A stretch of 64,000 nucleotides of DNA, taken from assembly GCF_006345805.1 (NCBI RefSeq), contig NC_043013.1, positions 19,902,001-19,966,000 of the forward strand, written 5' to 3'. A model generated the notes under the pieces. It ran no database searches and had not been told where the DNA came from. It saw only the letters and a list, made by a program, of their open reading frames with translations. Both the position numbers and the translations under genes were made by a program. This stretch comes from Octopus sinensis (lineage: Eukaryota). Positions 11,728 to 23,875 of the stretch are shown here, piece after piece; position 1 is the stretch's first letter, and every line of letters starts with the position of its first letter.

Positions 11728-12473
11728 GACACACACTTGTGTACGTGTGTATGTGTGTGCGCACCAACGCACACACACACACACACACATGCGTACACAT
11801 ATCCTCGTTCCTGACTTTGAATCTACTGTTGATATTTTCTCCGTTTTATGTTCCCCAGTACATTCGAGTGAAAAACTCATGAGTTTTTAATGCAAAAGTT
11901 TATGGTGTTGGTTTTTTAGTAGCGGTACACACGAACGAGGAGGAGGAGGAGGAGGAGGAGGAGGAAGAGGATGGAGAGGAGAAGGGTGAAGAGGAGGAGG
12001 AGACGAATGAGGGGGAGGAGGAGGGGAAGGTGACGAAGAAAGAGGTGAAAGTCAGAGTTCTTTGTCCAATAGTAGACAACACAGACGCTTGGATAAAGAG
12101 ATGTGTTGATTGCTTTGAGAATATTAAACATTATCAACAAAAGAACATATGAATGTATCCGTGCGTGTGTGTGTGTGCGCGGGCGTGTTGAGTGTGCGAG
12201 TGTGTGTGCGTGCGTGCATGTGTGTGTGGTCGGTGTTGTGCGTTTGTTTTCATGCGTATTGTGTGCGTGTGGGTACGTGTGTCAAGATATCCGTCTAGTT
12301 ATGCGTGTGTGTATGCTATTGCACACACGTTTGTATATATGTGTATGCACACACCACTACAAATGTATATATCGGTGCCTATGTGTACAAATGTATGTGT
12401 GGGAGCATACTTATATCTAAATAAACGTATACACATGTGTATGTGTGTGCGTGTGTCTCTACGTATGTATGCA

Positions 12474-12525
<52 letters not shown>

Positions 12526-12618
12526 CTAAGTATATGTAAATATATACATACACACTCATGCGCATACACAAGCGTATATATTAAATATATTTACATAGGT
12601 AATTACATAGATATAGAA

Positions 12619-12667
<49 letters not shown>

Positions 12668-12710
12668 ATATATATATATGTATATGCTTATACATATGTA
12701 TATGCCTATA

Positions 12711-12757
<47 letters not shown>

Positions 12758-13471
12758 CATACATATATGTATATGCTTATATATATGTGTGTGTGTATGC
12801 GTATGTATATATGGTATGTATCGCATCCATATGTAATCAGTGATATTTTTGCCAGCAGTCTGGTGTGTTTACGCGAAGATAAAATTTATGCTATTTATTA
12901 CACAGCAACATCTTTAAAGGACAAACTCTCATTTGAAAACACGCGTACTCTCACTACTTCTTTCTCTTCTCATTGCCTCTATCTCTTTCTCCTTTACTAT
13001 ATGAACATTATATTTCACACACACACACACGCACATAAACTTTTTTCCTTCTCTTTCTCGTTTCTCTATTAAAATGATGATCGACACCAGTACGTCATTG
13101 ATACAAGCTCTATACAGAAGAGCGCTATGCCCTTTCAGCGAGCGATCTACTTGAATTGCTTCACGAAATTTATGAATACAGAAAGTATAAAACGGAATCT
13201 GAAAATAAGAAAACTAGGAAGTAAAGACAGAACACAGTCGGATCTGCTTGTTCCTGTTGTTGTTGTTGTTGTTATTTATATCAAAATGTCTAACGAATAT
13301 CTTGTTATTCACAACAACCCTTCATCCATCCCACACACACACACTCGCTGTCCCAAACCATGTTTCCCTAGCATTTCAACTCAGTAGACCGCATAGTTTT
13401 GGCTTCGTTACATTCCCCACTCAAAGATGCAATTAAAAATTAAAAGCAAACTTATTTTTATTTATTTATTT

Positions 13472-13479
<8 letters not shown>

Positions 13480-13514
<35 letters not shown>

Positions 13515-13700
13515 CCGTCATCATTGTCGTCGTCGTAGTCGTCGTCGTCGTCATCATTATTATTATTTCGTTGCACAATTAGAAAAGAAATTTCATTTGA
13601 TATTTCCGAGCTCATAGAAATATAAAGACATCAACATCGTCGCTGAATTCACATGCATAACAGTGTGTATATACAGTAGTCTGTATATTCTATGCAATAT

Positions 13701-13779
<79 letters not shown>

Positions 13780-13796
13780 AGAGAGATAGATAGATT

Positions 13797-13856
<60 letters not shown>

Positions 13857-13860
13857 TACA
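13480..13860. repeat. (CAT)n/(CGT)n followed by (TA)n(GA)n(GATA)n microsatellites
   Basis: Directly visible at ~13480-13560 and ~13700-13860. Confidence 0.9.
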
Positions 13861-13934
13861 GTGTACACACAACACTGTGTGTATTCTTTTCATATTTGTC
13901 AACGTATGAAAGCTTGCATCATAGAATGAGGGGC

Positions 13935-14160
13935 GGAGTTGTTAAAAACGGGTTGTAGAGAAGTTTATCTAAACCGGGTAGCAAATTGTTTACGCGGTTG
14001 GCACAGTTATTTCTCGAAAACGAGTGACAGATTTGTTTATCGAAAACGGGTATCAGAGTTATTTATCTAAATCGGGTGGCGGAATAGTTTATGCACAACG
14101 AGTGGCAAAGATGTTTATTTAAAATGGGTGGAAGGCGTGTTTATCTGAAAACGGGTGTAT
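13935..14160. repeat. Degenerate ~27-bp minisatellite (consensus about AAACGGGTGGCAGAGTTGTTTATCT)
   Basis: About 8-9 diverged units, each with an AAAC(G)GGT core and a GTTTAT core. Confidence 0.7.
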
Positions 14161-15149
14161 TGCAAAATTTCATTATCAGTTATATTCATATATGTTTTGA
14201 ATTTGTATACATGGCATTGTTCCAGAACCACCTTCAAGACACAGAAGATGGTATTTGCCCTTAAAATTTGGAGAATTTATTCAATCGAGGGTTGAACAAT
14301 GTGTTTGACACGTCCGTCATACTGCTTGAAATATGTGCAATTTTTGAATTTTAGTTGTTGCTGATGATGATGTTGATAGTGATGGTGATGATGAAAGGGA
14401 GAGGTCTAAGGATGAAAAGTCAACTTCACTTTACATCCTCCCGACTCGACAAAAAAAACCTACCGCTTAGGTACTAAGATCCATTGTATCGACTTAAGGC
14501 CTCCCCTTATAAATTATTGGCCTCCCCGTTATAAATTTAATACCTGCGACTCAAGGACGAATTTTCAAAAGTGGATTGGATTTATGAAAATATACAAAAT
14601 ATTTCTTGGTACTTATTATATAAGTGAGCACGATCACCAGTGGCGACTCCACTGACTCTACCCTTCTTATTCATATGGACTACATGATTGGTTCATCAAC
14701 GAGACATGTTCGATGATCTTACAACATTCGTGATACGGAGAAAACGATGAACGCTTAAAACTGACAGTCATCTTGTTCATATCAACAAAACCGGGTTTGA
14801 AACCGCAGGCACAAAACACAAAGTTGTTGTCATCATGTAGACCCAAATCACGTTGATGAAAAAATGGCCACCTCCTTTAACCAAAATAATGGTTAATATC
14901 TTAAAGATGTTGAAGTGGATAGCGCTACGATATAAATGGCACTAGAATTTCTACAGATCTTTGATGCATAGCAGAAAGAAATTTAAATCGAATTTTATAT
15001 ATTGAGAATAGTTTGAACGTTGTTATCTAAAGAGAAAGTAGTTCTTGTCTCAAGTATTCTAAATATACTTGATCATAAAACCGAAGGCAGAATTTGTAAT
15101 TTGTCTACATTTTAAATTTAATTTAATTTTTGCCTTTTCTGTTAGTGGA

Positions 15150-15520
15150 ATGACATAATCGAATTCTTCACAAACTTGTAACAAAGTCATGAAGCAGGTG
15201 AAGTGAGTGTATTTCTTCATTGATCCATATCAAAGATGTTTGAGATCAGTTCTACTGCATAATGGCAATATAAAGGCTATGCTTCTGCATTGTCCACTCT
15301 GTCCACCTAAAAGAGACATACGGTAACATGGAAATACAGCTGATGCCATTTATTAATGTATACATCAATAGAATCTCTATGGCAACTTCAAAGACATTGC
15401 TATGCTCAGGGGAATGCAGAAAGACTTTACAAAAGCCTCTCGATTCAGATATCTTAGCGACTGACTCCTAAGGTCAACACATATTCCAGATTGACCCGTG
15501 TCCTCTGTTCACCTTTAGTT
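15150..15520 (+). mobile_element. Decayed DNA-transposase fragment, Chapaev3/CMC-like
   Basis: Reads VYFFIDPYQRCLRSVLLHNGN ... HSVHLKETYGNM ... YGNFKDIAMLRGMQKDFTK. This matches the recalled LFIDSSK.SLKAVLLHNGN / HLKETYEN / GDLKV.A.LLG.Q.G.TK motif series. Superfamily assignment is from memory. Confidence 0.65.
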
Positions 15521-15764
15521 GATTCCAAGAACATAATTCTATCAAAAATTTTCTTATTAGAATTGGTTTAATTAAAAAAAATATATTAAAGAAACGACTA
15601 AAGTCAGTTTGCAGACACGTTTGTATCTAATTGAATATTTAATAAAAGATATACGACTAAAATTAATTATGGTGGAATAAATTTAAGTGTTTGCTGTGGC
15701 TTACGGTTCAAGTAATAAACTTAATTTTATTTCAAATTTTATTATTTATATCTTAATGCTTCTA

Positions 15765-16330
15765 CGTTTAGCGTATTTAGGCATTTCGTCTGCCGTTACG
15801 TTCTGAGTTCAAATTCCGCCGAGGTCGACTTTGCCTTTCATCCTTTCGGGGTCGATTAAATAAGTACCAGTTACGTAATGGGGTCGATATAATTACTTAA
15901 ACCGTTTGTCTGTCCTTGTTGGTCCCTTCAGTGTTTAGCCCCTTGTGGGTAGTAAAGAAATAGATTTTTCGTCTGCCGTTGCGTTCTGAGTTCAAATTCC
16001 GCCGAGGTCGACTTTGCCTTTCATCCTTTCGGGGTCGCACTGGGGTCGTTGTAATTGACTTACCCCTCCCCCAGAATTTCAGGTTTTGTGCTTATAGCAG
16101 AAAGGAATATTTACATGTAGTTCTAGTAGAAACGTTAGCACGCCGGACGAAATTCTTAGCGATATTTCGTCTGTCTTTGCGTTCTGAGTTCAAATTCCGT
16201 AGAAGTCGTCTTTACCTTTCATCATTTCAGGATCGATAAATTAAGTACCAGTCGCGTACCGAGGTTGCTCTAATCGACTGGCCCCTCCCCAAAAATTTCG
16301 GACCTTGTGTCAAGAGGAGAAAAGAATATT
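15765..16330 (+). mobile_element. Head-to-tail cluster of three Meta-like SINE units (one tail A, two tail B)
   Basis: Three copies of the GTTCTGAGTTCAAATTCCG core at ~15800, ~15983 and ~16181. The first ends in ...GTGGGTAGTAAAGAAATA; the others end in CCCCTCCCC..AATTTC.G..TTGTG..TA.AG.AGAAA.GAATATT. Confidence 0.85.
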
Positions 16331-17194
16331 TACATGTTCTTATTTATTGCTTTATTATTTTCGAGATCCACAAACTAATTATTTCACATTCAATTTAGAG
16401 TTTGTAACTCCTTATAATGCTAAAACATTTATGCTATCCTTAATTCTCTCAAAATACGAAGTCATTGCAAGCGAATCAACGGAAATAATCTCTATTCTAA
16501 TTTTCCTTTCTTTTCTTTCATCTCGAACATGCACTTTTCTGACTCTCGTACACCATCTCACTCTACGCTACATATAATTCCTTCGTTTGAAATCCTTCAT
16601 AACATATTGAACCACTTCCCACCAAACCCCACTTTGCTCTTTCTCACTGGTTTTCACAGACGACAGGACAAATGTTAGAAACGTCAAATTCTCGACCGCT
16701 CACAGCGGTAATTAAACACAATTAACCACGGCTCCACTTGTAGCCTCCTCTTGACTAAATGACACCGATAAAAGCCATTACTAGTTTACTGAGATTTCCG
16801 ATTTATCTCCATGTATCATAAAACTAACAATTAACCGGTCTGTTTAAAAAATACTTGAATATACGAAACATTATTTAATGCATATTTTATAAACTTAGAG
16901 CAAAGTTAGTAGGCGAACCAACTTTAATATACTGTTTCTCGTTGTAGTATCTCAAACGGCGTTATGCTCTAATTACATGGTAAATGTCTTGTTTAGACCT
17001 AAGAAAGATAACTCAGTGTTTGATCAATATTTGATATGGGAAACCATACTTAATATTAATAATAATATAATTACATACTAGACGCAGTTTTAGTATTTGT
17101 ATTACATTAGTTTTCGTATGTTTAATATTCATATATTTAAGAGATTTACTGTCGCTGAAAATTTCACTTTATATCAGTTTTAGTTATATGATAA

Positions 17195-17710
17195 ACTAGC
17201 AGTATCGCCCGGCGTTGCTCGGGTTTGTAAGGGAAATAACTATATAAGCATTTTTAGAGAGTTACTTCCCTTATAGATGCCAATTCGGGCTTTCTTAACC
17301 ATTTCTGTTTTGGTGTCTTCAAGCCATGAAGTCGTTCTAAAAGAACGCTGGTCTCCTTGACAACGCTTTACGACATTGATTTCCTTACACTCCCTTCCCC
17401 ACAGCTTCACGAGGGAGGGAAGAAGGGGTAGAAGCAAACACAGGTGCAGGTATTTGAGCGTGAACGCCAACTCCGCCGCCATCGACACACGAAAAATTAT
17501 GCATTAAAATTGAATAAAAAATGATGTTAAATTATTTTTAAAATCGTAGACTCATCGTAGACGCGCGCTAATAGCCAGACGGGCTCGATATTAATCACGA
17601 CTATAAGATACCCGAATTTGGTTAAACTGCACCGCAAAATGTGGGAGGAGTTAGGAATCTAAATCGAAGGGGACAGACACTCACACAACTACAGTTTTAT
17701 ATATATAGAT
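17195..17710 (+). mobile_element. Non-autonomous Helitron/Helentron-like element (Lep1/HINE-type architecture)
   Basis: 5' end ACTAGCAGTATCGCCCGGCGTTGCTCGGG (subterminal CCCG/CGGG hairpin) and 3' end GACAGACACTCACACAACTACAGTTTTATATATATAGAT. This resembles the recalled ACTAGC...GCCCG / ...TTATA..ATAGAT termini of Lep1-like elements. Confidence 0.6.
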
Positions 17711-18383
17711 ATTTTGTCTAACCGAAGGAACATCTCTAAAAATGACCAATTACGGAATATTTTATACTAAATTGTAGCTGCTGTTCTCGTGTACACCAAG
17801 GTCAGAAGATCAGACCTGATCGAGAAATTAAAAGGGCACTTGAGCCTGTCATTGCTTTCTGTCTGTTTCCTTTGTTTTTGTTTTTGTTTTTGAAACCGTA
17901 TGTCTAGGACTATATTAGTGTGCCCCTTCGAAAAGAACTGTGGAAATAATTTCAGTGAGATTTAAATGCTATGAACCTCTCCTCGTATCTAAAACGTGGT
18001 CAAGAATTGACTCTCGTTCCTAACAATATATTGATCAACGGTAACTTTGCAGAACAGTTGGCAAAGCCACTTTGTTACAAAATCTGTCAGGTGTTGAAAA
18101 TAATAATCTTTTCGAAACTGATCACCGGCTAAAGGTACTCCTTTGACTTATCAAAATATCGAGGATTTAACTCTTTTATTATGAGGGGAGTGTGGTCCTT
18201 TCACTTGCCAAAAGTGTTTAGGGAATCACTATTTTACAATGGTGGAGAAATAAAAGTCATTAAAGCCCCAGATAAAGTCATATGTTGTAATTGCCCAAGA
18301 ATTCTTCACGCTCAGTTCAAATCCGATCAATGTCTTCTTTGCACTTTTCTTAAACAAGTACAACATTGATTGATACCCACACT

Positions 18384-18417
<34 letters not shown>

Positions 18418-18446
18418 ACCGCCCTCCCTCTCCCTCCCTCCATTAC

Positions 18447-18511
<65 letters not shown>

Positions 18512-18554
18512 ATAAATATGGACATATATATATATATATAAGTGCATATACATA

Positions 18555-18585
<31 letters not shown>

Positions 18586-19105
18586 GGACAGAGAGAGAGA
18601 GAGAGATGGAGGGAGAGAAGGAGGGATGGTGTGGGTATTTATATATATATGTATGTATTTATATATATGTATATGTATATATGTATATATGTATATATCA
18701 ATACATTATATATATGTATGTATATATATATATATATATATATATGCATGTATATATATATATGTATACACACAAAGACAAATAGGACTTGTGTTGCGAG
18801 TGGGGTCAGCGGAAACTATTTGAATTTGCCCTTTCAGCAGTAATTGGGAAAGAATGAATAAGAAGCTGGCAGATTCGTAGACAAGCCTGATATTGTTCTG
18901 GAAGTGAGCACAGACGGAGAAAGTTTTGGTATAGTACGGAATGGACTTTGAACAAAAACTGTAATATGATTACAGCATACCTCTGTTTAGCACCAGCCTG
19001 TCAATGTTTCGTATATAAGTTAATGCATTAGTGCTATCTATCTGTCTGTCTGTCTGTCTAACTATTTATGATCGGTCAATATGTATAAAAGTGAATAAGT
19101 GTATA

Positions 19106-19149
<44 letters not shown>

Positions 19150-19161
19150 TTATATATATAT

Positions 19162-19402
19162 AAAATAATAGTTATCGCCATACTAATATGGCATTCTTAT
19201 AAAAATAAGAAAAAAGCTGACCGCTTATTAGCTCCATGAGGCCATCGCCTTAAGTTAGCTATTTGATACACAAACTGTATCCATATAACCTTTGTGTATC
19301 AAATAGCTAACTTAGGCGATGGCCTCATGAAGCTAATAAGCGGACAGCTTTTTTCTTATTTTTATAAGAATGCCATATTAGTATGACGATAACTATTATT
19401 TT
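19162..19402. repeat. Near-perfect long palindrome (113/112-bp arms, 16-nt spacer), foldback element
   Basis: 19162-19274 vs the reverse complement of 19291-19402: 3 substitutions and 1 indel. Spacer CTGTATCCATATAACC. Confidence 0.9.
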
Positions 19403-19455
19403 CCGGAACGCTGCCGCTGTTCTCTTTTAGAGAGACTTAGTTATTTTAATATTTC

Positions 19456-19501
<46 letters not shown>

Positions 19502-19524
19502 ATATATACATACATACATATATA

Positions 19525-19585
<61 letters not shown>

Positions 19586-20006
19586 CATACATATATATAT
19601 GTGTGTGTGTGTATAGAATACAAACATTTATGCATTCTTCATTGCATATAGCTTTATCGTATTTACCGTATTAGTTGTTTCACCCAGCGTCAACCGTGAT
19701 TGAATGAACCTTTGTCAACGACTTTCCTTCCCTGGTTATTATCCCAACTTTACTCGTACATGGCGTACTAAGCATTATACCATCCAATACATTCTTTCTA
19801 GGAGCAAACGGTGTGATTGGATAGATGCATAACTACTGCTATTTCTAGCAAGGAGAACAGCCACATACACACATTTTGGCTGAGAAGATAGCCACAATGT
19901 TGTTGATGTTATATATTTGTTGTTCATTTCTCATATCGCTCCTCCCCTATGATCAAATGCATTACAACCGTGACCGTACTGTCATTTTGCCTGGTAGTGA
20001 TTATAC

Positions 20007-20609
20007 TAATTTCTTTACTACCTACAAGGGGCTAAACACAGAGGGGACAAACAAGGACAGACAAACGGATTAATTCAATTACATCGACCTCAGTGCGTCA
20101 CCTGGTACTTAATTTATCGACCCCGAAAGGATGAAAGGCAAAGTCGACCTCGGCGGAATTTGAACTCAGAACGTAAAAGCAGACGAAATACCTATTTCTT
20201 TACTACCCACAAGGGGCTAAACACAGAGGGGACGAACAAGGACAGACAAACGGATTAAGTCAAGTACATCAACCCCAGTGCGTAACCTGGTACTCAATTT
20301 ATCGACCCCGAAAGGATGAAAGGCAAAGTCGACCTCGGCGGAATTTGAACTCAGAACGTAACGGCAGACGAAATACCTATTTCTTTACTACCCACAAGGG
20401 GCTAAACACAGAGGGGACAAACAAGGACAGACACACATATTAAGTTGATTACCTCGACCCCAGGGCGTAACCTGGTACTTAATTTATCGACCCCGAAAGG
20501 ATGAAAGGCAAAGTCGACCTCGGCGGAATTTGAACTCAGAACGTAACGACAGACGAAACACAGTTACGCATTTCGCCCGGCGTGCTAACGTTCCTGCCAG
20601 CTCGCCACC
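20007..20609 (-). mobile_element. Trimeric Meta-like SINE (one head, three body+tail-A units) with a 22-bp TSD
   Basis: Three copies of CGACCCCGAAAGGATGAAAGGCAAAGTCGACCTCGGCGGAATTTGAACTCAGAACG. The flanks TTTTGCCTGGTAGTGATTATAC (19985-20006) and TTTTGCATGGTAGTGATTAGAC (20610-20631) differ at 2 positions. Confidence 0.9.
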
Positions 20610-21861
20610 TTTTGCATGGTAGTGATTAGACCACCCAGTATTTCTTTTAAACGGTCGGGTGTGCGTTGAGGACGATTTGGCTGTTATTTTCGGTAAGTCT
20701 AGCTTCCACGTAAAGATTCTCATTCGTTGGCTTTACAATAGCAGACATGACCAGAGATGTGATCTATTTGCTCCAAGAGATTCTACAGAGAAGAGCTGTG
20801 GTAGTTCTACTGCCACAAGAATGTGTTAGATGTTTATTTGACAAGAAGTTCCTGCTGAGACGAGTTCTTTGACCATCGATTTTGGCAAGGAAAAGGAATT
20901 TCTGTCTATCGGCATTGATGAAGTTTAAATAACAACACACACCTGTTCTGCAAATGTATTGATCACTCAGTTGTTTATGTATTTTGTATTACATTTATGT
21001 CTATCCGCGTGTACCTCTCTGTGCATGTGTGTGTGAGTGTGTGTGTGTATGTGTGTGTGTGTCTCTCAGTGTGTGATCATTTGTGTAGTGGAATGGAGTA
21101 TAACTTACAGGTCTGTTTCAGCTATTCATTGGCCATCTAGTCACAATCGCATGCGTAGACGCCAAATCTTCATTCAGCAGACAATGAAGCGATGTAGAAT
21201 CACTGAACCGTTTCGTGTTGATAGCAGCATAAACATCAAACTCTACAAACCCTCCACAAACTTACGTCTACTACAGCCGGCACACACAAACACACACACA
21301 CACACACACGCACACGGACTAAAACACGCACACACGAACATACAGGGACACATTCACGCAACAGACGTCTCTATGCACGTATATAGGTTTGTAGATATGA
21401 GATACATATATATATATATATATATACGTGTATACATACATATAAACGTGTGCGTGTATGTGCGTATGTGATTGTGGGGTGTAGTGTGTGTATGTGTGAG
21501 TGTGAATGTGTGTGTGTGTGTGGTGCGTGTGTGTGGTGGCATCGACCGACGAAAGCCGTGCTAAGAAATAGAGAAATCTATTCTAAGCTAACTCTACTTT
21601 CGTCGTTAATTTCGAATTTTTACCACGTCTGCCAGCTATTTGCGACACTAGCGATTGGTTTATCACTGTTTTTCTGCATCAGTAGAAGCGAAATTTGCTT
21701 AAGGAAGCGTTGATAGTGGATACTTATTACTGATGAAGCGCAAAGACGTAGAAATCCGGATGTAGCAATTCCACAGCCGCTACCGGACGCTTTCCGTCTC
21801 CTTCTGAGACACTTCTATGCTTTGTAGTATTATACATCTATACGAGATGAAATAACAAGAC

Positions 21862-21930
21862 CAGCGGTTCTTAACTTGGGGTCATGACCCCTGGAGGATC
21901 GCTTGGGCTTTCGCGGTGGGTCACGGAGGG
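21862..21930 (+). mobile_element. Possible solo hAT/Charlie-type terminus
   Basis: CAGCGGTTCTTAACTTGGGGTC resembles CAG(C/T)GGTTCTCAA hAT TIRs. No partner end found. Confidence 0.35.
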
Positions 21931-22119
21931 TTTTATTCCTGTATTTGAAATATTTCATTGCAACTGTATTGGTGTATTACCATGAAGCCTTTCTTGGGAT
22001 GAGTTTCACAGGTATCGTTCAGAATATGTATGTATATATGTATATATAAGTGTGGGGCGTTTTGCTCGTATGTACATATAGACATACATACACCAACACA
22101 GACATTCACATGGTGCAAA

Positions 22120-22275
22120 TGTACAACAAGCAAAAGACAGAGGCAGGTGAGGGAACAAGCAAGGTGTGCTAGTTTGACGCTGAGCAAGAAAACGGAAAAT
22201 AGACGTTTCGAACCTACGTTCTTCGGCAGAATGGAATGGGGGAAAGAAAACGGAGAGACAAAAACAAAGTGTCTG
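22120..22275 (-). mobile_element. Probable Penelope-derived short repeat with a hammerhead-like motif (homologous to 50930-51065)
   Basis: Aligns by eye with 50930-51065 in opposite orientation. Contains CTGCCGAA-GAAC-GTAG-GTTC-GAAACGTC. Confidence 0.5.
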
Positions 22276-22515
22276 ATTAACGGTATTCATACACATTCAT
22301 ACATCCATATATATATAAAATACAACAATGGACATTATTGGAATTCAGCTGCTCCGTCGAACAGCTGAAGGTTGTTCGTATTATAGCAGCAGATAGAAGT
22401 TTATGACAAGAAATTGCCTTTCTTGTTTATGACAAGAAATTGCCTTTCTTGGCAAGCAGACGGGAAAGAAAAAATAGCATTCTTACAAGATTTTCACATG
22501 CAAATAAGTTAAGTT

Positions 22516-22516
<1 letters not shown>

Positions 22517-22573
<57 letters not shown>

Positions 22574-22626
22574 TCTGCTGCTACTGCTGCTGCTGTTGCT
22601 ACTGTTGTTGCTGCTATTATTACTAT
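22517..22626. repeat. (CTA)n(CTG)n trinucleotide microsatellite
   Basis: Directly visible. It is the source of the poly-Leu ORF 22440-22664. Confidence 0.9.
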
Positions 22627-23111
22627 TATCCCCCTTTACGCTGTCTTACTCTATTTTATCCTAGAGAAGTATTTTCATCATATACACCCGTTTACTCGTT
22701 TTCCTGTAAAGTTAATAATGATTTAGTGTAATGTAATAAAGTAAACGACTTTAGCTTCCTAACTATTTCGTACAGCAGAGATCTAACGTGCTTGCGATAG
22801 AAGTTATATACGAATGTTAATGAATATATAATTAAAAGTGACAGATTACAAGAAGCACTCGTACTTATGCACACACACACACACACACACACACGCCGTT
22901 AAATTATATACATGTATCCAAAAGCCTTTCGGCAATGCAGGTGGGGAACTAATCACAATATGTAACTGGATACCAATAACTGAAAACTAAGAGCAGAAAT
23001 CAACAACAGAGTCAAACTAAGTAACAGACATGGCTTTACCGACATTGCAACTATTCACCTTACCCACATCGAAGCAGCAAAATTTACCACACCTTAAATT
23101 TTGTATAACCT

Positions 23112-23339
23112 ATTTCTTTACTACCCACAAGGGGCTAAACACATAGAGGACAAACAAAGACAGACAAATGGATTAAGTCTATTATACCGACACCAGTGCG
23201 TAACTGGTACTTATTTAATCGACCCCGAAAGGACGAAAGGCAAAGTCGACCTCGGCGGAATTTGAAATCAGAACGTAACGGCAGGCGAAATGCCGCTAAG
23301 CATTTCGGCCGGCGTGCTAAAGCTTCTACCAGCTCGCCG
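23112..23339 (-). mobile_element. Full-length Meta-like SINE (tail A) with 20-bp TSD
   Basis: CCTTAAATTTTGTATAACCT at 23092-23111 and 23340-23359. Head GGCGAGCTGGTAGAAGC on the minus strand. Confidence 0.9.
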
Positions 23340-23835
23340 CCTTAAATTTTGTATAACCTGCCCGATCTAAACGAAGGAATACTTAATAATTACTCAAAGA
23401 CTGATCTTAACTAAAAGCGTACCTATCGTTCAGTGTCTTTCCCACCAACTTGTTTCACACCTCTGCTCACTTGCTATAGAACTTCATTACTACTGCTGCT
23501 ATTTCCTAACCACATTATTGTGATTGTACCTCAACCAACCGCAACGACTAAGGCAGTAGGGCGTAAAACTATTCAAGAAATAGCTCCTTCCATAACTTTC
23601 TAGAATGGCTTGGCGATAACAAATCCTTTCACCGGACTCTTTGATTGTTTTCTTTCTTATATTTGAAAGATGAGAATTTCCCCACAAAATATTATGCAAT
23701 CATTAAGCGAAGTATGTAAAGGAATACAATACCATTTCTCTTTCGTTATGTTTCCTTCAAAATCTCACCTGCATCGCTCAAAGGTCTTGCAAATATCTGT
23801 TATATATGATGCGCAGTTTCCAAAAATATACCATT

Positions 23836-23875
<40 letters not shown>

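Noticed and set aside
11883-12153. Start-less plus-strand open frame with poly-Glu followed by KVRVLCPIVDNTDAWIKRCVDCFENIKHYQQKNI
   Set aside because: About half is a (GAG)n tract, I recognise no domain, and there is no convincing donor site. It cannot be supported without RNA data.
17990-18370. Non-repetitive-looking stretch with a faint hAT-like EEFLG motif on the minus strand
   Set aside because: A single short motif with no collinear support.
21738-21770. CTGATGAAGCGCAAAGACGTAGAAA, hammerhead-like start
   Set aside because: No proper stem II closure before GAAA, and no stem I or III.
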